64,000 nt of DNA from Octopus sinensis. Lineage: Eukaryota. Positions within the stretch are counted from its first letter, which is position 1. Each line of letters opens with the position of its first letter. The notes under the pieces are model-generated. The model did no database searches. It saw nothing but the letters and a program-made list of their open reading frames with translations, and was not told where the DNA came from. The position numbers and the translations under genes are program-made. Positions 25,330 to 36,104 of the stretch are shown piece after piece. The stretch is from assembly GCF_006345805.1 (NCBI RefSeq), contig NC_043012.1, positions 27,590,001-27,654,000 on the forward strand, in the 5' to 3' direction.

Positions 25330-25560
25330 ATTACTATCTTCCTCAAATCATGGAGGCCCTCCTTATCAACAAACTGAAATCAGCCATAAGCAACAGATAA
25401 GAATTACATTAAGCAAACTGGTTACTATGGCAACACCAGTTTGTGCATGTCACCTTCTTCCCCAACACATCTAAGCAACAACCTTTTCCATCCCTCACTT
25501 TTCCACCTGTCCTGAAGAAAAGGTCATTGTCTGAAATATAGTACCATAAGGTAAAACAAT
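25330..25560 (+). mobile_element. Penelope-like element 3 (Poseidon-like) extreme 3' end with degenerate hammerhead
   Basis: IMEALLINKLKSAISNR resembles the GIY-YIG C-terminal ExLLIxKxKPxLN motif; then a pyrimidine tract and CTGAAGA-AAGGTCATTGTCT-GAAA-TATA-GTA. Confidence 0.55.
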
Positions 25561-26649
25561 TTTATTTTGTTTTCTTTTCTTTTTTGTAGTTTATATCTTC
25601 TCATTCTCACATTGTTTCAGCTTTATGCAACAAACCTCTTTAATGCTTATCTTTTGTTTTTCTTAAATATTTAAAATTGTTTCTGTCATCAATATTTTTG
25701 ATGTATTACAATTTGTTGTTGCTATTGTTTCTTGTTGTTTAAAATGAAATATAGATGAAGCATATATTTTTATTTGCTATTTTCAGTTTTGGAAAAACAT
25801 ATTACTGATGACTTTGATTTAGTACCTGTTACTGTTGCTGGTACTCCACCCTCTCCCACACAACCTTTAACATTTAGTTTTATTGATCTTTATTTTTCAG
25901 TTTGTCTATGACCTCCAATTTTCAGCTCTTTCTTTTAAAGATAAATTGTTATTTCAGCAGATGTCTGCTATCATAATTTCTTGACTATGAATAGGTGAAT
26001 GTAAAAAGAAAAATTGAAAATAAAAAATGTAGAAACAAAAACTAAACTCAAGGGTCATCACAAACAACAGCACATCTTAATTGCAACCAAGAATATCCAC
26101 TTCTTCCACAAAAGGATTTGGATATTTAGATCTGCAGATGTCGTTTTGATTAACAAAAATGAAAGTAGTGTCCTAAGCACAAGCGTCATCTTAAGATTGT
26201 TTGAATTTTGAATAGAACTATGAAATACATAATTCCTTTTCAAATTATTAATTTTCCTGAAGCTTCTCTAGAAGCCCCATTAATGTAAAATATAGTTTTG
26301 AAGAAAAGTAGTTTTATGGAAATGAAATTTTTAATCTCTAATTGTTGATTTGCTGTTAATCACTTGAACTCTTTTTCTATTAACATTTGATTAACTTTGG
26401 CAGTAGGCCTACTTATCTGCTCCAGGTGTAGGAGTAACAGTGCCTGGCTTAGAATACCTTTTGTGGAATTAAATAAAGTGAGTCAACAGTGTTGTTAAGA
26501 GTTCCTGATTCCTTATATTTTTGAGACTATATTATTTTTGCTTCTATTCAGACTACATTATTCTCAAACAGAATATCAAATATGCTACTAGAAATTCATC
26601 TGTATAGACCTCATAAGAGAAAAATTTCCAAAGAAAGAAGTAGGTAAAT

Positions 26650-27376
26650 GCTTACAGGACTTACCTTTGCTTCAAAAAGGGAAAACTAAGAGGCCAATGA
26701 GGAATCAGTATCCAATGTCTCTTCTGAGAAATTAGCTGCACTCCCAAGTACAACTGCAGAAAATAGGAATAACATGTCAACTCAAAGTATTGAAGATGAT
26801 AGATCATCACTGCCAACAGACATAAATAGTGAAGTGCCATTATGGGATTTGGATCCAACTATGTGGTTTTCTGCCTGAGAAAAATATGTGACAATGTTCT
26901 TTCAGTCAAAATTTGCTATAAAAATCCTCTGACTCCTACCCAGAATCTTGACACCATTATCAATTGAGTGAAGGCAAGCTGGATGGGTTATTTTTAAAAT
27001 TCAATGTTTTATACACTTCATGACAATGGTAAGCAGAATCTATATATAACCTGTATAACCTACCAAAGGGTGCAAGTTATTGCTTTTATGTACATTGATG
27101 CCAAGCTGACATAAGAGGTTTTTCAACCAGGATGGCTTTAATGATTGGAAGAAAGCAGATAGAAAAATGAAAACATAGGAATAAAGCCAAACCCACTGGG
27201 AATCTTCTTGTGTTAACTGGCAGTTGGGAAAACAACTGCAGGAAAACAAGAAAAACTGGACTGAAGTATTGCACCATGTTATATCTTTGGCATATTTCCA
27301 ACCAAGTAAGTCCTGGCCAAGGAAGAGATCATAGGATTTATGTTCAACTGGAATTTGTTTTAGGAATTACAAAACT
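26650..27376 (+). mobile_element. hAT (Tip100/ZMYM-like) transposase remnant, N-terminal part
   Basis: DLDPTMW, GFNDWKKA (TTF zinc-finger-like) and KKNWTEVLHHVISL remnants. Confidence 0.55.
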
Positions 27377-29789
27377 TCCTGATTTCTATGGTGTGCAACC
27401 CCCACTTCAAGGCTAGGTTCACTCCCTTCAACACGGCATCCAACTCTGCCACATTGATATGATTGCAGTCATCTGTCTTCCTGAGCCAGGCTGCATCTTC
27501 CACCATGACACCTCCCACTTCTAAGACAACCTCTATTGTGATGCTACTGGCATCACACCATACAATCGCACTCTTTGATTTGGGAACATACCAACTGCCC
27601 CTCACTGGGTCCTCTGCTCCTACTCTGACCAAGACTTCCTGTATCATAACGGTTGTCTTCTCCCCCACTCTATCGTTCCACTTCACTCCTTCGGCTCGTC
27701 TCTTGATGAAGCTACATGCTGTCCTGAGCCATCCTGTAATCGGGTAGTGTCCCACCAGCTTCCCACACACCGAGAACAGTTCCCGTCTACTCATGCTGGC
27801 ACCCAGTTCGAGGATCTCATTCCCTCGCCAGAACACCAACGCACCGGCCTTGTCTCTCCATAGCTTGAGGCCCAGTGCAGCACCTCCTCCATTGCCTCTG
27901 GTGGCTTGGTGATCAGTCCCAAACTCTTCAGGTGGCCTATGACCTCCATTGCTGGAATTATGGTTTCATCCACCAGAATATCATCAATGTACAAATTGGT
28001 GACCTGTCCACCTTTCCCAGGATGGCCTTGAGAATTGTTGCCATAATCTTCAGCGCTGAATTCAGCCCGAACCCCAACCTGGTCAGACAGTACGTCTGGC
28101 CCTTATACCTGACAAGCTGATTCTTCCACAGTTTCTCAGCCACATGCACCTGTAGGTATGCCGACTTCAAATCGGTGATCGTGGAGGCCCCTGTCATCTG
28201 CCTCCACTCTCACAAAGTGTCTCCACAGACATCTGTGGCCTCACCGCCTGTATGGCATGATATGTGGTCATTCAGCTCTCGGAAGTCAAGCACTGGCCTG
28301 ACCTTATACTTTGTGGGCTGTATCACCGCCATCAGTGGCAGGACTCTGCTCTCTTCTTTTTCCCAAGGGACCAATATGCCCTCCTTAATCCACTGCTCCA
28401 CCTCCCCCTCAAACTTACTTCTGGCATTACCTTTTAGAGTATGCTGATAGCAGCCCACTTTATTTTTTAATGTTGGGGGCTCTCCCTTCCAGTGCCACTC
28501 CACCGTCCACCTCTGGCCATCAAAGACAACCCGTAAATCCTGGTCTTCAATGGTGTGTGCAGCATGCTTTTCTTCATGGTTGTCACCAGAGCATGGTCTC
28601 ACCATACACGGTTTCCCCGCAAACCCGAACATTACACCAGCCTCGTTAACAATAACACCTCCCAAACGGGTGATTGCATCCATCCCCATCACCACGTCAA
28701 TCTCATCCACCAAGCGGCCAACTACAATTGCTCACAGTGTCAGCCTTATTCCCTGCACCACAATGTGCGCATCTGTAATGCCTTCACAGTGTACCTTTCT
28801 TCCGTCGACTGCTCTTACACTGCTTTCTCCACTCCACATCTCTAAAGGGATAACTACCGGCGCAGTAGTCTCCCTCAGTCCATTTCCCCGGAGACATTCG
28901 CTGGCTATATGCCCCGTTTCTTGACACTGGTAGCAAATGACCTCAGGCTTGGGTAACTCACAGTCTTGCACCATATGTGGACCCTGGCACCGGAAACACT
29001 GTTCTTTGAATGGTTACACACGTTATTTCTTCGACCCCTCTCCGCTGCTCTTTGCTCGGCCACTTTTCATTGTTGCAGTCGCTGCTACCGACGTCGTTCT
29101 GCAGCACGAAACTAGCACGCGAGCCCGAGATACGATGTCTGCCATCACCATCGAGTGAATGTTTGAAAGCTTCTGCAACTCGACCGACATGTTGTCAGGA
29201 AAGCCAGTCACAAACGCCTACTTAACCGTCTGGTCCAGCGATTCTTCCTCATAACCCGCCAGTTTAGCCAATCTCCTGAGTTCATTGGCAAATACATCAA
29301 CCTGTTCCCCAGTCCATCTTATTTTCTCCACATGAGCGTATGCCTCAAACATTCCCTCCACAAAGGCCTCCATCAACCAGATTTCTATTTTCTCCGTGCT
29401 AAGTTGGTCCTTCTCTTCCATCTCTACATATAGCGCCAAATCCAAACCATCCAAGTACAGAGGTGTAAAACTCGCTAGGTCGCTTATACCATGGAGCTTT
29501 GCCACCAACTTCACCTTCTTCAGCCAAACGACTACATCTGTGTCACCGCAAAATGGTTTGATCATCTCGTTCGAAATACAGGCAACACTCATCGTTCGTT
29601 TTATTTTTTTTGCCCTCTACGCTGGAACTGACCATGCTTCCTCGCTGACCACATGTGCTTCCTGCCACGCATGCACCCTTCTCTCTTCTGCCAGCCCCTG
29701 CAAGCCATACTCCCGCTCACCTCATCTGTCATCCTCTCCACCAACACCACATAGCTCACACGGCCCATAACACCAACCGCCAACACCAC
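27377..29789 (-). mobile_element. Gypsy LTR retrotransposon internal fragment (gag, protease, RT, RNase H; no integrase or LTR seen)
   Basis: Gag WLKKVKLVAKL, knuckle CYQCQETGHIASEC, VVMGMD, DLKSAYLQV, LGFGLNSA, YIDDILV, WCDASS, HINVAELDAV; frameshifted. Confidence 0.9.
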
Positions 29790-30130
29790 AGAAGACTACG
29801 TAAGAGAAAGAAACATGATGTAATTCCAGCATCAGCTTCAAAAGAAGTTGTTCTTTTTGCAAGAGAAAAATTCAGATGCAGGACTTTTGATGTTATTTTG
29901 GACCAGTTGTTTATTGCCTTACAAAAACACAAGGGAGCTTATCAATCAGTGCATGACAAAGTTCAAAGTCATTGTCAATTTATGTAGCCTACCTGAAGCA
30001 GAGATAAGAACTGAAGTTGAGAAACTGTTCAGTTTTCCCCTGTGATTTTAGTGATGTTTCCATTGAAGAAATTGCCTAGTTTGCAGGCTTTCGTACTCTT
30101 AAGTCATTTCACTCTTCATCTTAACAGGTA
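29790..30130 (+). mobile_element. hAT transposase remnant, C-terminal part
   Basis: RKRKKHD..EKFRCRTFDVILDQLFIALQKHKGAY...EIRTEVEKL, a pattern typical of Tip100/ZMYM hAT C-termini. Confidence 0.6.
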
Positions 30131-30569
30131 CTTTTAATCTCTAGTGAAAGGCTTGCTGATACCCAGAGCTGGGTATAAGTCCATTAATTCATTAATCATA
30201 AATTAACAAAGTTAACATTTTTGTTCACGATTTAACTTTTAAGTTAACTTTGAAAACCATTATTGGACTAATTAACTTCTGTTACATTTAGCTTTCATTA
30301 ACTCAAGTCCGTTAACCCCAAAATTTCATAAAAACCAGTTAACATTTAAAAGTTTCTCGTGTTTTCAGATTGTCTTAGCATAGTTAATATTGTATGTGTC
30401 ATTCTTTCAACCCTGATATAATGCCACTTATTATTATAAATAATTTGTAGGACCTTGTTTGGCCCTGCCTGAATTTGAAACCAAATCCACCTGCTTGTTG
30501 CTTGCAAAGACAGTGGGAAATTTCTTTGTTCTGTCAATAGGGAACAGTGGTTGATGTCTTTCCACTTGA

Positions 30570-31335
30570 TCTGTGACCTTGCTGAGGTGGATGTCAACAG
30601 AGAAAATATTGACTTCTATAAAGTGGAAAAAATAAATGGAAGGAAAAGTTGGTAAATATTTCGGTGTGAACGCAAACAGCTGTTATGTGGTAACAGAGCA
30701 TGCTAGAAATAGCAGCCAAATCTTTCTTTTCTGGAAAAAGGAGCTGTTTATACATGATTTCAATGTCACATTCATTGGAAGCATGCAAAATAACCTGGAA
30801 AAGAAAAAAATTACCTGCGAAACAAAACTCCCTTGGTAGGAAACCACCCCTCCCACCTTATTTGGCTGGAAATAAGTGGCTTGCAGTGGGTTTGGAGGTC
30901 AGATACATCGAATGCATCTCCCCCCCCCCCAAAAAAAAAACTGTGGAAGAAATTATTCTACACTGAGGTACGAAATATTTACCAAAAGAATAAAATCTTG
31001 TGCTGATGATACCTGTATTTTAATTAATTCAAATTAATGTACCTCATCTTGAAAATTGTCAAAATTTTTGTCGGTTGCCATCTGGGATAATTTTAGTAAC
31101 AAATCAAACAGGTAAGATGCATTAAGAATTTCTATTTTAGTATTTATCCATAATGTTATTGCTTTTACACCTGTCAGTTAAATTTACCTGTGCATAAAAG
31201 TCAAATTTACTCAGCAAGGTCAGCTAAAATTACATAACTATAAACCAGTGGTATATAAAGCACCCACTGACAAAATTTCAAATCTGTATGTAAAAAATTT
31301 ACAAAGTTGCAAGTAAATATTGTGGACACCCCACT
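30570..31335 (+). mobile_element. piggyBac derivative, 3' portion (interrupted)
   Basis: CTGAGGTGGATGTCAACAGAGAAAATATT and the downstream non-coding segment are shared with 8500-9110 and, as reverse complement, with 50660-51420. Confidence 0.65.
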
Positions 31336-31759
31336 TGAACCTGAATAATTCAAAATAATGTGAACAAATAAACATTACATTTGACAGATTAATATTAACA
31401 CTAAAGATGTTTTAGGTGTTTTTTCTCTTGCACACACACACACAACATGGCATTGCTTGGTTGGGACTACATGTGTGTTAGTTTGACACCATTATTCCAT
31501 AAAATGGGGAGAAAAATATCAATGGATGCATGAGTGAGAAAGAAATGAAGAGGGAGGTTTTCCTCTGAAATTATTAACAATATTTTTAAAACTGAAAATG
31601 CTTCCCTCACGGGTTTTAAGTCTGTAGTGAGAAAAAAAATGGCCGAAATCAATTTGGATTGGGGTGGTGAGGTGGTGGGGGGAGTGAAACAAATTTCTTT
31701 GTAATTGTAATCTACATTGTTTGAAAGGTATTTGTTCTTTTATGTTCTTTTTCTTCTAT

Positions 31760-31960
31760 TTGTTTCAGTCATTTGACTGTAGCCATGCTGGAGCACCACC
31801 TTTAGTCGAGCAAATCGACCCCAAGACTTATTCTTTGTAAGCCTAGTACTTATTCTATCGGTCTCTTTTGCCAAACCGCTAAGTTATGGGGATCACAAAC
31901 ACATTAGCATCAGTTGTCAAACGATGTTGATGGGGGACAAACACAGACACACAAACATAT
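31760..31960 (-). mobile_element. SINE 3' half with tail
   Basis: Reverse complement reads GGTGGTGCTCCAGCATGGCTACAGTCAAATGACTGAAACAAATAGAA. Confidence 0.88.
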
Positions 31961-32004
31961 ACATATATATAAATATATACACACACACATATATATATAT
32001 ATAT

Positions 32005-35000
32005 AGGATCAGGACTAAATGGTTGCCCAGAAGAAGACCAGCTTGGAGGAGAAGGGTCTGGAAACTTAAAGATCCTGCAAATGGACAGAGATTTAAAGTC
32101 TTCGATGAAATAGAAGGGGATATAGCTTCACATAATGTGGAAGAAAACTGGAGGTTTCTACAGGACAATCTGCTGACAGCTACTGACCAGATCTGTGGAT
32201 GGAGCAAAGTCCCATCTCAACCCAAGGTAATGTGGTTGACAGGGATATTAGACAAAAGAAACACGCTTGGAGGGACTAGAAGAACGGAGACAGGTTTATT
32301 TAGCCAGAGGGGAAGCAGATAAGAAAAAATTTGCCAATGTTCTGCACCGTAAGGACCAAAGACTTGAGGTATTTCATGTTGCAAGACTGTGTAAGAGAAA
32401 ATCGTGATGTGGTAGGAGAGAAATGTGTTCACATGGATGATGGTTCACTTGCGCTAAATGAGGATGGAAAGAGAGAGGTCTGGAGATGCCACTATGAAAG
32501 GTTGCTGAATAAAGAAAATGAATGGGATAAAGAGAGTCTGCCGAATGTCGAAACAACAGAGGGACCAGCTATCCGAGTTGACAGTTCTTTGGTAGTTAAG
32601 GCAATTAGAAGCATGAAGACAGGAAAAGCTCCAGGCCCATCAGGAATTACTGCAGAGATGCTCAAAATATCTGGCAGTGTCGGCTATAGCCTAGTCACCT
32701 GTATAGTTAACGAGGTGATACACGAAGGAGTCATACCCAATGACTGGTGTAGCAGCATAATAGTCAACTGCTACAAAGGTAAAGGTGACACACTAGATAC
32801 AAATAACTACAGAGGTATCAAGCTGTTGGATCAGGTAATGAAGGTTATGGAGAAGGTCATAGCCCAACTGATTAGGGAGAGAGTTAACTTGGACGAGACA
32901 CAGTTTGGTTTCGTGCCAGGGAAAAGCACAACTGATGCCATCTGGAAAAGACTTTCTAACTAGAAAGGGTATGGCCTGATCAGCCTGTAATGACATGCAT
33001 AAGATCTGGTCATCAAATCCAAGTAGAGACTTCAAACTTGAAATATTCAAAGCCACAGTCGAACCAATTCTACTATATGGCTCAGAAACCTGGACGTTAT
33101 CAAAGAAGCTTGAGAGGCGGTTGGATGGAACCTACACTCGCCTCCTTATGAGAGCTCAAAATCTCTCGTGGAAGCGCCATCCAACCAAAATGCAAATATA
33201 TGGGAAACTACCACCTGTGTCATCTCTTGTGAAAGGTAGGAGAGTCCAGTTTGCTGGACATTGTTGTAGAGCTGAAAAAGAAGTAATTTCTACTCTTCTC
33301 CTCTGGAAGCCATCTACTCGCAATACCAGAGGGCGCACACTCTCCTACCCTGATGTAATCTCCAGGGATACAGGCATCCAGTAACAGGACCTCCGTAATG
33401 CTATGATGGACCGTGAAGTCTAGCGTAACATAGTAAATTCCATTGTCTCGACCACAGTCGAACAATGATGATGATGATGATGCCATATTTCTGGTGAGAC
33501 AGCTGCAGGAGAAATACTTAGCCAAAGATAAGCCCCTGTACCTGGCTTTCGTTGACATGGAGAAAGCCTTTGACAGGGTCCCCCAATCCCTTATTTGGTG
33601 GTCAATGAGGAAACTAGGGATAGATGAATGGTTAGTGAGAACTATACGAGCCATGTACAGAGATGCTGTTAGTAAGGTGAGGGTTGGCAACGAGTACAGT
33701 GAAGAATTCTGGGTACAGGTTGGGGTTCACCAAGGTTCAGTCCTCAGGCCCCTCCTATTTATCATAGTCCTTCAAGCAATAATGGAGGAATTCAAGACAG
33801 GATGCCCCTGGGAGCTCCTCTATGCTGATGACCTTGCCCTAATTGCTGAGTCACTATCAGAACTGGAGGAGAAGTTTCAGGTGTGGAAGCAAGGATTAGA
33901 ATCAAAGGGCCCTAGAGTCAACCTAGCTAAAACCAAAGTTCTAATAAGTAAGAAGGTAGACAAATCACAAACACCTTCAGGTAGATGGCCCTGCTTGATC
34001 TGTAGAAAAGGCGTAGGTAGAAACTCTATAAGATGCACCAAGTGTAAGCTATGGACACATAAGAGGTGCAGCAATGTCAAAGGAAGGCTAACTAGGAAGA
34101 TAGTTTTTGTATGTGGCAGATGTTCAGGAGCAATAAACACTGAAAATGCTCTGAGACCAACTTCCGCCACATTCCAGGGAGAAAAACTAGAAATAGTTGA
34201 TAGCTTCCGTTACCTAGGTGACCAAGTCAGTAGCGGGGGCGGGTGTGTTGAAAGTGTAACTGCTAGAGTAAGAATAGCCTGGGCAAAATTCAGAGAGCTC
34301 TTACCTCTGCTGGTGACAAAAGGCCTCTCGCTCAGAGTAAAAGGCAGATTGTATGACGCATGTGTACGAACAGCCATGCTACATGGCAGTGAAACATGGG
34401 CTGTGACTGCTGAGGATATGCGTAAGCTTGCAAGAAATGAAGCCAGTATGCTCTGATGGATGTGTAATGTCAGTGTTCATACTCGACAGAGTGTAAGTAC
34501 CTTGAGAGAAAAGTTGGACCTAAGAAGCAAGAGAGACGTTTGCGCTGGTATGTTCATGTGGCGACAATGGATGAAGATAGTTGTGTGAAAAAGTGCCACA
34601 CCCTAGCAGTTGAGGGAACCTGTGGAAGAGGTAGACCCAGGAAAACCTGGGACGAGGTGGTGAAGCACGACCTTCAAACTTTAGGTCTCACCAAGGAAAT
34701 GACCAGAGACTGAGACCTTTGGAAGTATGCTGTGCATGAGAAGACCTGGCAGGACAAGTGAGGCCATAACCCGTGGCCTCTACCTGGGATGTAGCCAGCC
34801 CACTTATGCATTCTTGTCCTTCTTGGGACACAAAACTCTACTTGTGAAGACCTGTTGAGGCAAGTGAAAATCAAAATCGTAATCGATCAACAGCAATGAA
34901 ATTTGTAGCTGTGATACCAGTGCCGGTGGCACGTAAGAGAACCATCCGAACGTGGCTGTAGCCAGCACCTCTCTGACTGGCCTCCATGCTGGTAGCACGT

Positions 35001-35300
35001 AAAAAGCACCATCTGATCGTGGCCATTGCCAGCCTTGTCTGGTCTCTGTGCTGGTGGCACATAAAAAGCACCATCTGATCCTGGCCGTTTGCCAGCCTCG
35101 TTTGGCACCTGTGCCGGTGGCATGCAAAAAGCAGCCACTACACTCACGGAGTGGTTGGCGTTAGGAAGGGCATCCAGCTGTAGAAACACTGCCTGATCAG
35201 ACTGGGCCTGGTGCAGCCTTCTGGCTTCCCAGACCCCAGTTGAACTGTCCAACCCTTGCTAGCATGGAAAGCGGACGTTAAACGATGATGATGAGGATGA
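32005..35300 (+). mobile_element. Main-family RTE LINE, 5'-truncated, with long 3' UTR and (GAT)n tail
   Basis: ORFs 32331-32963 and 33443-34456 (DMEKAFDRV, GVHQGS, YADD, FRYLG, LHGSETW); modular 3' UTR 34760-35283. Confidence 0.95.
32942..33477 (+). mobile_element. 5'-truncated LINE of another RTE-like family nested in the RTE, with 9-bp TSD
   Basis: LLYGSETWTLSKKLERRLDGTYTRLL..RRVQFAGHC; (ATG)n tail; TSD TGATGCCAT at 32933-32941 and 33478-33486. Removal restores GKSTTDAIFLVRQ. Confidence 0.9.
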
Positions 35301-35348
35301 TTTATACATATATACACATATATATATATATCTATATCTATCTATCTA

Positions 35349-35385
<37 letters not shown>

Positions 35386-35427
35386 TCATCATCATCATCC
35401 TCGTTTAACGTCCACTTTCCATGCTAG

Positions 35428-35846
35428 TGTAACAGGATCTGGAATCGGTATCACTGAAGGGGTGTTCGATCGGATCCCGTCACATTCAATTTAGTTAGAT
35501 ATAACAGACGAAGTCAGGTTATCTGGGAAAGACAGCAGTGTTGTTTATTATTCGTGATGGTGTATGTATTTCTGAAGGGAAAACGACAGCCGAATCTGTT
35601 ATATAGCTTCTTGTTGGTTGGTTGAAGTGATTCGATGTCATCCGCGGCTAAGTCGGTGTAGTTATCAGAGACTACCAAATGCACGTCTGTTCACGAGGAC
35701 TGAAATGGCCAGAGAGAGTGATCGAGTTGAGTGTGCCTTAGGGGTCAGTTTCCCGCACATGCGCATGGGGAAGACTTCCGGTGGCCACCCTGAAGTAGTC
35801 CCATTCTGCGCATGCGTGCTGAACCTTACACAGTAGCATCACTACA
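35428..35846 (-). mobile_element. Solo LTR (419 bp) with 4-bp TSD
   Basis: TGTA...TACA termini; CTAG duplicated at 35424-35427 and 35847-35850 inside a reversed RTE tail (CCATG-CTAG-CATGGG); TATATAA and AATAAA in the expected order on the minus strand. Confidence 0.85.
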
Positions 35847-35873
35847 CTAGCATGGGTTGGACATATATATACA

Positions 35874-35907
<34 letters not shown>

Positions 35908-35924
35908 CATATATATATATATAC

Positions 35925-36085
35925 GATGGTCTTCTTTCAGATTCTGTCTACCAAATCCACTCACAAGGCTTTGGTCAATCTGAGGCTACATTAGAAGACA
36001 CTTGCCCAAAATGCCACACAGTGGGACTGAACCTTAACCCATGTGTTTGGTAAGCAAGTTACTTACTGCACAGCCACTCCTGCAC
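35925..36085 (-). mobile_element. tRNA-derived SINE, head
   Basis: Reverse complement of CAGGAGTGGCTGTGCAGTAAGTAACTTGCTTACC...GGTTCAGTCCCACTGTGTGGC. Confidence 0.85.
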
Positions 36086-36104
36086 CTGTATAAAATTTGT
36101 ATAA

